DNA of 64,000 bases from an uncultured Anaerolineaceae bacterium (GTDB lineage: Bacteria; Chloroflexota; Anaerolineae; Anaerolineales; UBA4823). The notes under the pieces were generated by a model, which saw nothing but the letters and a program-made list of their open reading frames with translations, did no database searches and was not told the origin of the DNA. Where the stretch lies: contig CAZWFQ010000002.1 in assembly GCA_964633225.1 (NCBI GenBank), positions 26,469-90,468 of the forward strand. The letters are read 5' to 3'. Position numbers and translations under genes: made by a program. Shown one piece after another: positions 56,501 through 64,000 of this stretch; within the stretch, counting starts at the first letter, position 1; each line of letters begins with the position of its first letter.

Positions 56501-58304
56501 AGCCATACCCATTGTCGGCATCGGTCACATACCCAGCCAGCACACCGCGCTGCGCCATAGCAATATCCTGTGCGGTGACCATCCCGGCGGTAATCGCTAC
56601 CCCGGGGACAATCTCGGTAACATAACCAGGATGAACCACTGTCACGGTATAGCCCCCTGCCAGGGCCATCATGTTGTAGGCACCAGACAAGTCCGTTACG
56701 GCAGAGGGACTGCCGCCTTCCAGCACAGGGGTAATGGTCACGGTGGCCCCGGCTACCGCAGACCCGCTGACAGCATCTGTGACGCTGCCAGCCAGGTGGC
56801 CGATGCCACCACAAGTCTGTAGGCCCGCCGTGTACACATCCAGGTGACCATAGCCATAAGAATAGTTGCCCTCTCCACTGGCCGGAGCGCCGCAGATCCC
56901 ATCTGGAGTGGCACCCGCTGTGTCCTGTAACAATTGGAAGGTTTGGTCAATCTTCCCCACCAGGCCCGGGTTACAGGCCCACAAAAGCGCCACCGCCCCC
57001 GCCGAATGCGGCGAGGCCATCGAAGTGCCGCTGTAGGTACAGATAAATTTGTTCGTCGGGATGCTCGAACACACATTGACACCCGGAGCAGAAATATTGG
57101 GCTTGGTGTAAGGCACATCTTCGAAAGTGCCGGGCCCACGGCTGGAGAAATAGGCTATACCGCCGCTCATATCATGCGCCCCAGACGTGAAGGATTCTGG
57201 GTATTCGCCAGGCGAGGTCAGGGTAGCACACCCCGAGCCGCCGTTGCCGGCTGAGAAAGCCGGGAAGATACCTGCAGCTACCCAGGCCAGCACTTTTGCT
57301 TGATACCAGACGTCCCCGCGGGGACCATCCCACGAATTGTTGACCACGTGAGGGCGATTGGCAGGATCACCATTGGGGGCCAGGATCCAATCTGCGCAAG
57401 CAAACACGTCTTCATCGCTGCAAGTTTCGCCCGCACATGCCCTGCACGCGATCCACTGTGCGCCGGGCGCCATCCCCACCTGGTAGGCCAGACCCGGGTC
57501 ATTGTCACCGACCATCGTCCCCATGGTATGCGTGCCGTGCCCGTCTGAGTCACAAGGCCCAGCACAAGTGCCCACAGCGTCATGCCAGCAGGCCGGGTCC
57601 GCCGGGTTGGCACTGCATTTATACGCTTGATCCAGGGCAGGGTGATTCCACTGCACCCCGGTATCAATATTTGCCACCACAATGTCCTGGCCCTGGACGT
57701 CAAAAAATGACCAGAAATCGTCTGCCCCTGTGTATGAGATGCCCCAGGCCAATGAGGCATCTGGCGCACCCGGGGCTGCCATCCGATCAAAGGCCAATAA
57801 ATCCCCGGCCCATTGCAGAGCAAACGGAACGTTTGGGGGTTGGGGAGGCGCAATATGGTACGTGCGCGTAGCGCGGATAGTCGCCACCTCGCCCAAGGAG
57901 GCCAGGTCATAGGCCGCCTTCGAATTTCCGTTCTGGATATACAATTCATTGCCGGCGATGAAGGTGCGATATTCCAGGCCCATCGCGTCCAGGTAGCCCT
58001 TGGCCTTCGCCTGGCTGCGCCGGGCAGTTTCATTTAACGTGTTGTATACAAACTGCCCGCGCGCCTCCCAATCCATGCCGTACGCCGCCGATAGATCGGC
58101 TTGTTCGGCAAAGCGCACGATGAAGTCGGCACGCTCTCCTTGGGTAGACAATTGACTCATCAAAACCCCCTCAATCTTGTCTGCCGCCTGGGAAACCTGC
58201 GCATCCAACGTTCCCGCCCTGGCAACAACCGGTTGGGCCAGGCCGAATAAAATTCCACCAATCAACACCACAGAAAGAAGTCTACGCAGGGTTAGAGATG
58301 TCAT
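53508..58304 (-). CDS. Secreted multidomain S8 (subtilisin-like) peptidase with PKD and DUF11-type repeats.
   Basis: 1598 aa. Signal peptide and I9-like propeptide. Catalytic motifs NIDTGV (Asp), HGTHTMG (His) and GTSMASPH (Ser). Two or three carboxypeptidase-regulatory-like repeats, two PKD repeats (WDFGDGVT twice), two DUF11-like repeats (TYTLTLTNHGPD and VYTLTVTNDGPD), and a hydrophobic C-terminus. SD GAGGAG. Confidence 0.9.
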   Translation of the reverse strand: MTSLTLRRLLSVVLIGGILFGLAQPVVARAGTLDAQVSQAADKIEGVLMSQLSTQGERADFIVRFAEQADLSAAYGMDWEARGQFVYNTLNETARRSQAKAKGYLDAMGLEYRTFIAGNELYIQNGNSKAAYDLASLGEVATIRATRTYHIAPPQPPNVPFALQWAGDLLAFDRMAAPGAPDASLAWGISYTGADDFWSFFDVQGQDIVVANIDTGVQWNHPALDQAYKCSANPADPACWHDAVGTCAGPCDSDGHGTHTMGTMVGDNDPGLAYQVGMAPGAQWIACRACAGETCSDEDVFACADWILAPNGDPANRPHVVNNSWDGPRGDVWYQAKVLAWVAAGIFPAFSAGNGGSGCATLTSPGEYPESFTSGAHDMSGGIAYFSSRGPGTFEDVPYTKPNISAPGVNVCSSIPTNKFICTYSGTSMASPHSAGAVALLWACNPGLVGKIDQTFQLLQDTAGATPDGICGAPASGEGNYSYGYGHLDVYTAGLQTCGGIGHLAGSVTDAVSGSAVAGATVTITPVLEGGSPSAVTDLSGAYNMMALAGGYTVTVVHPGYVTEIVPGVAITAGMVTAQDIAMAQRGVLAGYVTDADNGYGLGGVTLEAENGTLALTRPDGSYEMYLDQGPHVVTATMQGYAAGFAVLEISSGISTQQNFSLAAWLAFMPAPVHAWLDWQGTATITGSLYNRLPLPYDFEFDEGATGVPWLRAIPLTGTIPASSTVPGVLPFTLSFTATTAAGIDQPGNYSIILNEVNNPLLSIPVTMTVAPSAGMGHLHGRLADNCALEAIEAWVEIVNGDPISSTLSDPDTGSYSVWLYPGQYEVIFGGANYLSDTTTLDISAQGDVLLDVNLVPDWPCVDLTGEVLESWVVSGTGIYTAPFSLEIANNGGQPLEYEIVEQPGMLQLNGSIAAAGPDVLLLHSGSNITTIRSQLLALGGLETLDGFDARYATPTLAQLQAYAVVITWSDAVYQDPTGIGNLLADYVDGGGKVINLMSSIGTHYLAMGGRFMEQAYTALNGAIYLVSNSCLGTYNAEHPIMAGVPAICDYFRLDETYLTVGSEEVARWQDGELFVAAKTDRTVVSIAGDQSAAGMNIVMHNAILWLVSVPAVDLPWVQAVPLTATIPAGESLDVAIALSTFSNTLPLPLGDYAAELSVIENSPVGERPHFGVMLHIVDAFLAPAAGLDVDAGHCLGEAVALTNTTQPGIPPATEMQWDFGDGVTMIAGFENVTHTYAAAGIYTATLAACNEFGCDAEQALIEIAVPPVASFVHAADGLTLVLTNTTGGADNYLWDFGDGVTGTLDSPIHAYAASGVYTVTLWAFNRCGMGVVEGQATVTASADLALSKVGSPSAIHVRDEVTYTLTLTNHGPDEALNVILTDTLPASTTLVSVGLPCTDAGGVVICEWESLATGEVVTAAVVVAADAIGLFTNQASARSATFDPQEANNVATAEVVAIRSYADLSLIKEGPAVVGEGETLVYTLTVTNDGPDPAVQATLFDTLPVSVTFVSATALCSQADGGVTCDLGNILVGSTAVILVTVTAPDVSGSLFNHAVLASSTEDPNGTNNAASVETWVVKDEWVVFVPICLFSSQASE

Positions 58305-58380
58305 GAAAAGGCTCCTCAGCCGCCTGAAGCATCAGAAAAGTCCACCGGTTAAACTATGAATGCTATTTATCTCTACGATT

Positions 58381-58389
58381 AATATACCA
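58381..58389 (-). promoter_or_regulatory. Putative extended -10 promoter TGGTATATT for the S8 protease operon.
   Basis: Minus-strand TGGTATATT (plus-strand aatatacca at 58381-58389), about 75 nt upstream of the ATG at 58304. Confidence 0.35.
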
Positions 58390-58446
58390 TCAAAACCTGA
58401 CAGCAGGCCAATCAACCAAGCTGTTAGGCTGTCGATTGGTTTTAGG

Positions 58447-58455
58447 TGCTATAAT
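58447..58455 (+). promoter_or_regulatory. Putative extended -10 promoter TGCTATAAT for the kinase relay operon.
   Basis: TG at 58447-58448 and TATAAT at 58450-58455, 18 nt before the ATG at 58474. This implies a very short leader. Confidence 0.35.
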
Positions 58456-58473
58456 TTATCAAAGTAATGGATA

Positions 58474-61197
58474 ATGAGTGAAAACACTGCCCTGACCCTG
58501 CAACTGAAAGAAGCATGCAAACAATCCGGCGCGCGCTGGGCGGTTTGGCTTGAGCGCGTTGAAGATGCGTGGCAGCCATGCGAACAACACAACCTGACTA
58601 AAACGCGCCTGAAAGCGCTGCTAACTGTTCTGCAGGTTCCCGAAACTGCCAAGTGGCTGGCTGGCACGTTGGGCAGCCAGCGCGTGCGGTCGCGCGGCAC
58701 AGGTCAGCAAGCGCCAGCGTTGGGCTGCCAAAGGCTGTACGCTTTTCCCCACGCCACCACCCATTCTTTGCTGCTGGTAGGTGCGCAAGCTCTTGACCGC
58801 CAGGGGGAAGGCATGTTCCGCATCGTGACGCTTGGCAGCCCTTCTGCCATGACCGTTCCTCCTGCCTTACAACACACCGAACAAGTCGAAACAGCCCCGG
58901 CAGCAAACAGCAAGACCGGCCTACCCGAAACTTACGAACTGCCTCTGCTGCCCCTGGAAACTGATATTGAGGCATCGTACGATCCCCAGGCCGCCCTGGA
59001 AAGGGTCCTAACCTTTTTAGCCCGCCAGGTTCCCTGCCAGGCTGCTTACCTTGCGCTCCGCAGCGGTGAGACCTTCCACGTCCAGGCAACCTGGAACTGT
59101 CCGGCAGGTATACAAGGAGCTGACATTTCCATTGGAAATGATAGACCCCTGGCAAGCGTCGTCGCCACCCGTAAGGGCTTGTTGATCCAAGATGCGGCCG
59201 ATTCTAACCTTGACCGGGAATTTACATTGTATGCCCCGCTATCGGCTGCTGGCCTGCTTGGATCATGGATGGGCTTGCCAGTTAAAATTGGCCAACGCAT
59301 CATCGGAATGATAGCTTTTGTCGCCCAGCAGCCGAGTGTTTTCAACCCTTCTGATCTCGCTCAAATGGGAGAGCATGTTGTCCGCCTGGCCTATAATATT
59401 GAAAGCGCCATCATCTTTGGCGAGGTAACACACTACCTGCAACAGTTGGCCTTGCTCAACGACCTGGCTTCCACCGCCTCGCTGGGGGTGGACATTGATC
59501 AGGGCAAGGCGCCGGGCGAATTTGCTCGCCGCGTGATGATGCGCCTGCGCAGGACCTTCAAGACAGATTGGGCCGCCGTACTGCTGCTATCGCCAGATGG
59601 GAAAACCTTACAAGAATATGGCGGCGGCTCACGCCTGGCACCCGCTTGGGAAGTGCCGGTAGAAAACAGCTTAATGGGCCTGGCGGTTCAAAAAGGGCTG
59701 CCGGTGCGCGTCGGCGATGTACGCAACGCTGGACGCTACTTCCCAATCCACCCAGATTTTCGCTCTGAGCTGGCTGTGCCGCTTAAGTATCGCGGCCGCA
59801 TCATCGGCGCCCTGGTACTGGTCAGCGCCCAGCCCAACGCTTTCAGCCGCCCTGACGAACAGTTGTTGATCGTGATCGCATCGCAAATGGCTGGCCTGTT
59901 TGAGAACATGCGCCTGAACGAAGAAACGCGCGAGCGGGCTCAAAAGCTGGCTGACAGCGTGCGCCAATTAGAAGCCGTGCGAGATACCTCCCTGGATATT
60001 GCCGGCGACCTGGATCTCGACACCCTGCTTTCGCGCCTGACCATCCGCGCCCGCGACCTGGTAGGCGCCCGCGGGGCCGAACTGGGGCTATACAATGAAC
60101 GCGAACAAATCATTGAGATTGTGATCTCTGATACCCCATGGGAACACATCCAGGGCAGCCAGATACCACTCATGGCTGGAGTGGCCGGGCGATTGGCTGC
60201 CTTCGGAGAGCCAATTGTGGTGGATAATTACAACACCTGGTCCGGCAGGCTTCTCCCCCATCGCAAGGCTTCCTTCCGGGCTGTTGCCGGGGTGCCCCTG
60301 AAATTCAAGGGACAGGTGATTGGAACCCTGACGGTTCTCGATGACCGCCCCGAGAAAACCTTTCAGCGCGAAGATGTCAATCTGCTAGAGCTTCTTGCGC
60401 CCCAAGCGGCTATTTCCATTCGCAACGCCCGTTTATACCAGGAATTACAAGAGCGTATCAAGGCGCAGCAGGTGGCTGAGGCGCGCCTGGTGCGATCGGC
60501 GCGCCTGGCAGCAGTTGGCGAAATGGCTGCCGGTGTTGCCCACGAGCTGAACAATCCCCTCACCACGGTGGCCGGCTTTGCAGAGCTGATCCTGCAAGAT
60601 TTAGAACCCGGTTCGCCCTTCAGAGAGGACCTGGAACTGGTATTGGCAGAATCGGAACGGGCACGGCATGTCGTGCGCAGGCTTCTGGATTTTTCTCGCC
60701 CGGTGGATGATCAACGCACAAAAACCGATTTAAACGAACTGGTAAAGGGGGTGTTGCTGCTGGTAAACCACCTGACGCGCACCAGCAGCGTGGAAATTGT
60801 GCTGGCGTTAACAGAAGATTTGCCTTGGGTGACATTGGATCCTAACCAGATCAAGCAAGTCTTTCTGAACCTGGTGCATAATGCCTTGCAAGCAATGCCC
60901 AATGGCGGCAAATTAACCGTCACCACCGGGCAAGAGGAGCACGAAAACGGCGGCCACCGGCAAACCTGGGCTACACTGGCTGTGCGCGACACCGGCGAAG
61001 GCATCCCGTCCGAAAATCTGGAAAAATTATTTGAACCTTTCTTCTCCACGCGGCTACCCGGCAAAGGTACAGGGCTGGGGTTATCGGTGAGTTACGGCAT
61101 TATCTCCAGCCATGGAGGTTTCATCGATGTAGAAAGCCAGATTGGGCAGGGAAGCTGCTTCACCATCTATTTGCCGCAGGAGCCCAACGATGCTTGA
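58474..61197 (+). CDS. Cytoplasmic multi-GAF sensor histidine kinase.
   Basis: 907 aa with no TM helices. About four GAF-like repeats, H-box AHELNNPLTTVAGF, and HATPase boxes DTGEGI and GTGLGL. Confidence 0.85.
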   Translation: MSENTALTLQLKEACKQSGARWAVWLERVEDAWQPCEQHNLTKTRLKALLTVLQVPETAKWLAGTLGSQRVRSRGTGQQAPALGCQRLYAFPHATTHSLLLVGAQALDRQGEGMFRIVTLGSPSAMTVPPALQHTEQVETAPAANSKTGLPETYELPLLPLETDIEASYDPQAALERVLTFLARQVPCQAAYLALRSGETFHVQATWNCPAGIQGADISIGNDRPLASVVATRKGLLIQDAADSNLDREFTLYAPLSAAGLLGSWMGLPVKIGQRIIGMIAFVAQQPSVFNPSDLAQMGEHVVRLAYNIESAIIFGEVTHYLQQLALLNDLASTASLGVDIDQGKAPGEFARRVMMRLRRTFKTDWAAVLLLSPDGKTLQEYGGGSRLAPAWEVPVENSLMGLAVQKGLPVRVGDVRNAGRYFPIHPDFRSELAVPLKYRGRIIGALVLVSAQPNAFSRPDEQLLIVIASQMAGLFENMRLNEETRERAQKLADSVRQLEAVRDTSLDIAGDLDLDTLLSRLTIRARDLVGARGAELGLYNEREQIIEIVISDTPWEHIQGSQIPLMAGVAGRLAAFGEPIVVDNYNTWSGRLLPHRKASFRAVAGVPLKFKGQVIGTLTVLDDRPEKTFQREDVNLLELLAPQAAISIRNARLYQELQERIKAQQVAEARLVRSARLAAVGEMAAGVAHELNNPLTTVAGFAELILQDLEPGSPFREDLELVLAESERARHVVRRLLDFSRPVDDQRTKTDLNELVKGVLLLVNHLTRTSSVEIVLALTEDLPWVTLDPNQIKQVFLNLVHNALQAMPNGGKLTVTTGQEEHENGGHRQTWATLAVRDTGEGIPSENLEKLFEPFFSTRLPGKGTGLGLSVSYGIISSHGGFIDVESQIGQGSCFTIYLPQEPNDA

Positions 61198-63040
61198 TCG
61201 TTCGCACAGCCTGCCCCAGTTACCCAGCGAGAACACCCCCATAGAGACAATAATAGCCAGCGGGCCGGTGGTGTTCGTGGTGGATGATGAACCGGGTATC
61301 ATTCGCTTGTGCGAGCGGCTCTTGACCCGGGCAGGCTACCAGGTGAATGCCTACACAGATGCCCAAGAGATGCTGCCGGTCTTACAGCAACGCCATGCCG
61401 ACCTGCTGCTGGTAGATATCCGCATGCCAGGCCTGGATGGTTTTCAAGTGATCAAACTGGCCCGGCAACAATATCCAGACCTGGCCGTGGTGATCATGAC
61501 CGGGTTTGGCACGGTAGAGACCGCCATCGAGGCCCTGCGCGAAGGGGCAGATGGCTTGATCTTAAAACCCTTCTCGGGCATAGATCTTACCAGCAGCGTG
61601 ACACGCGCCCTGCAGCAAAGCCTGCACAAACAAGATGTGCTGCGCCTGCAAGCCCTGCGGCCATTGTTCAATGTTACCGAAGCGCTGTTTAGCGAAACCA
61701 ACCCCCGCCGCCTGCGCACCCTGATCTTAGAAGCTGTCCGCGGCCATTTGAAGTGCCGATATGCCGAGTTCTATCGCATCAAGGAATCAGGCGAGCGCTC
61801 TACGCCAGGACGCGAAAAACGAGCCAAGAAACCTCCCAGTGCCACCCGGTCTCTTGAGGGTGAGCTGACCTCTGCCAGCCTGGGGGCCCTGGTGGAATGG
61901 CTATTAGACCAGGAAACAGACGCGGAAGAACAGGGCCAGCCAAGAAAACCCGAGCGCGGCAAAATCATGCCAATATCGGCCACCAGCATGCGAGCACCGC
62001 TATTATTCAACAATCAACCTGGCTTTGGAATCCGTTCAATCATGTGCTCTCCGCTGAGCTTCACAACTGCGGGACAACCAACGGCAGGCTGGGCCCAGGC
62101 ACACAATCTGCTCATCGCGGCTCGAGCAGAAAACGAGCCTCCGTTCCGCGAGTCTGACGTGGAAATGTTTGCCATCCTGGCCCGGCAGGCAGCCATCGCT
62201 CAAGAAAATGCCCGGCTACAGGCCGAACTGCGAGATTATATTCGCCAGCTAGAAGATTCACAGCGCGCCCTGATCCAGGCAGAAAAAATGGCCATTGCTG
62301 GGCGCCTGACCGCATCCATCGCCCACGAGATCAACAATCCCCTTCAGGCAGTACAAAATTGCGTCCACCTGGCGGGGCGGGCCGAGTTGACAGATCAAGA
62401 TCGCCAAAATTACCTGGCCCTGGCCCAAAGCGAGCTTGAGCGCCTGATGCAAACCGTTCAGCGGATGCTTGATTTTTACCGGCCGGCAGCTCTAGACCGC
62501 AAGCCTGTCGATATCAATACAGTCATCGAAAAAGTAATGTCTTTGATGGATAAACAGCTCAGAGATCACCATATTCAAGTATACTTAAAGCTGGCAGCAC
62601 ACCTACCCTATGTATATGTGGTAGGAGATCAAATCCAACAAGTGCTGCTGAACCTGGTTTTGAACGCCATGGAAGCAATGTCGCCCAACGGCCAGGGCGA
62701 GCTTTTTATTGAGACGCATGCCAACCTGGCTGGCGCCCAGGTAGAAGTTTACATCAAAGACACCGGGCCAGGTGTACCAGCCAACGAGCGGAAACATATT
62801 TTTGAGCCTTTTGTCAGCACCAAAACACAAGGTACTGGTTTGGGCCTGGCTGTCAGTTATGGCATCATCACCGCCCATGGCGGCAACCTGGAACTGGTTG
62901 ACTGCAATCAGCTTTCTGGCAGGAACCTGTTAGCAGATCAACCAGCCAGCAATCGTTCAAAGCAGAAATCTGTCCCGCCAGACAAGCAGCAAATTGGCGC
63001 TTGCTTTCGTTTGGCTTTACCTGTTGCGGAGTACACATGA
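61190..63040 (+). CDS. Hybrid response-regulator receiver / histidine kinase.
   Basis: 616 aa from the ATG at 61190, with an 8-nt overlap with the upstream stop. REC domain (VVDDEPG...LLLVDIRMPGLDG...MTG...KP), a degenerate GAF-like middle, H-box AHEINNPLQAVQN, and a HATPase domain with a C-terminal insertion. Confidence 0.8.
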   Translation: MLDRSHSLPQLPSENTPIETIIASGPVVFVVDDEPGIIRLCERLLTRAGYQVNAYTDAQEMLPVLQQRHADLLLVDIRMPGLDGFQVIKLARQQYPDLAVVIMTGFGTVETAIEALREGADGLILKPFSGIDLTSSVTRALQQSLHKQDVLRLQALRPLFNVTEALFSETNPRRLRTLILEAVRGHLKCRYAEFYRIKESGERSTPGREKRAKKPPSATRSLEGELTSASLGALVEWLLDQETDAEEQGQPRKPERGKIMPISATSMRAPLLFNNQPGFGIRSIMCSPLSFTTAGQPTAGWAQAHNLLIAARAENEPPFRESDVEMFAILARQAAIAQENARLQAELRDYIRQLEDSQRALIQAEKMAIAGRLTASIAHEINNPLQAVQNCVHLAGRAELTDQDRQNYLALAQSELERLMQTVQRMLDFYRPAALDRKPVDINTVIEKVMSLMDKQLRDHHIQVYLKLAAHLPYVYVVGDQIQQVLLNLVLNAMEAMSPNGQGELFIETHANLAGAQVEVYIKDTGPGVPANERKHIFEPFVSTKTQGTGLGLAVSYGIITAHGGNLELVDCNQLSGRNLLADQPASNRSKQKSVPPDKQQIGACFRLALPVAEYT

Positions 63041-64000
63041 ACCCAGCATCCCCATCCCATAATCTTGAAAGACACGCTGAACGCTATCACCTGCTGGTGG
63101 TAGATGACGAAGAGGCAACCCGGCGCTCATTGGCCGATATCTTACGGCTTGAAGGCTTCACAGTTTTCACTGCTCCAGACGGCGAAACAGCCATCAGCTT
63201 GCTCAAGAAAAAAGAGAGCTTTGATCAAAAGACCAGTTCCGAACATCCGGCTGGCATTGACGGTCTTGGGTCAAGCATTGATCTGGTTTTGCTTGATTTA
63301 AAAATGCCGGGCATCGATGGATTAGACGTGCTCAGGTATGTCACCGAACATCGCACTGGCGGAACACCTGATTCTCTAGATGCGATCCGACCGGTGGTGA
63401 TCCTGCTCACTGCCCACGGCTCACTGGAGTCGGCCATTGAGGCCTTGCGTTTTGGCGCTTCGGATTACCTGCTTAAACCCTCTTCACCGGCCCAAATTTT
63501 GAGCAGCGTGCGGCGAGGATTAGATCGGTTGGAGCAAGCCAGCCAAAAACGCCAATTGATCGATGATTTGGAGATGTCTGTTCGTAAGCTAAAAGAAGGA
63601 GATTCTGCATCTGAGTCAGAAACAGCCAACCGGCGACCCGCAAGTTCCAGTGAAGGACATTCTTTGGGCTCGCACCCGGCTGGCTCTGCAAATGGCGACC
63701 AATTCCATCCTGGTAACCAGTTGATCGTATTAACCCTGGGCAAAGGCAGTCACGCTGACGGTCAACCAGAACCGAGAGCTGACCTGGCTGACACCAAAAT
63801 TACCATTGACCTCGCCCGGCGCGAGATCCGCCATGGGAGCACTCTGGTAAAGCTCACCCCCACCGAAGGCCGCCTAATGAAAGTTTTATTGGAGAATCCG
63901 CAGCGCGTATTTCTACATCGCGAATTGGTCTGGTTGGCCCAGGGCTATGAAACCCGCGACTGGGAAGCGCCCGAGGTGCTGCGCCCGCTGGTAAGCCGTC
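63037..64000 (+). CDS. OmpR/PhoB-type response regulator. 3' end outside the window; absent from the ORF track because it has no stop in the window.
   Basis: My own translation from the ATG at 63037 (ATGA overlap) gives MNPASPSHNLERHAERYHLLVVDDEEATRRSL...LVLLDLKMPGIDG...LTAHG...LLKP (REC). A long linker follows, then a winged-helix block LTPTEGRLMKVLLENPQRVFLHRELV. Confidence 0.8.
   Translation, partial: MNPASPSHNLERHAERYHLLVVDDEEATRRSLADILRLEGFTVFTAPDGETAISLLKKKESFDQKTSSEHPAGIDGLGSSIDLVLLDLKMPGIDGLDVLRYVTEHRTGGTPDSLDAIRPVVILLTAHGSLESAIEALRFGASDYLLKPSSPAQILSSVRRGLDRLEQASQKRQLIDDLEMSVRKLKEGDSASESETANRRPASSSEGHSLGSHPAGSANGDQFHPGNQLIVLTLGKGSHADGQPEPRADLADTKITIDLARREIRHGSTLVKLTPTEGRLMKVLLENPQRVFLHRELVWLAQGYETRDWEAPEVLRPLVSR

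Noticed and set aside
57278-58033. A 251-aa same-strand, alternative-frame ORF inside the S8 protease gene.
   Set aside because: It overlaps the region encoding the propeptide and catalytic Asp/His motifs in another frame. The translation is Trp/Arg/Pro-rich and low in information. Nothing suggests frameshifting, such as a slippery site or a break in the protease frame.

Overview
This is a gene-dense chromosomal window, about 90% coding, from a moderately GC-rich bacterium. Gene order and protein architectures suggest Chloroflexota (Anaerolineae-like), with Actinobacteria-like operon layouts; that placement is a low-confidence inference. All homology calls were made by eye from motifs, since no searches could be run.

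I support about 47 CDS. I saw no rRNA, tRNA, CRISPR array, transposase, integrase, phage gene or recognisable defence gene.

Housekeeping content:
- sucCD, an orphan acpP, and fni plus a GGPP-type prenyl synthase
- hemW, and a usp-ubiB-trxB operon
- a long minus-strand super-operon: nusA-ylxR-infB-rbfA-nrnA-truB-ribF-thyA-folA
- a stand-alone trpB2 behind a clearly recognisable Trp-specific T-box leader with a perfect sigma70 promoter

Accessory and signalling content:
- an orphan DUF692-like (MbnB/TglH-type) enzyme
- an operon of a Cys-cluster protein, an asymmetric heterodimeric ABC exporter and a DUF4032 kinase-like protein
- four large GAF histidine kinases, one with an extracytoplasmic PDZ-like module, plus a FIST protein
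- a MoxR-DUF58-DUF4129-HDAC operon converging on a BatA-like VWA / double-VWA / kinase operon, with the 3' ends physically overlapping
- a 1598-aa multidomain S8 protease heading a tightly packed 14-kb gene string
- a translationally coupled kinase / hybrid kinase / OmpR-type regulator relay

I did not find an unambiguous new system. The best candidates for follow-up are the MoxR/VWA/HDAC/kinase island, the orphan DUF692-like enzyme, the Cys-cluster/ABC/DUF4032 operon, and the RNA-level signals: the T-box, the nusA leader hairpin, and recurrent TGGTATAAT extended -10 boxes with possible leaderless starts.
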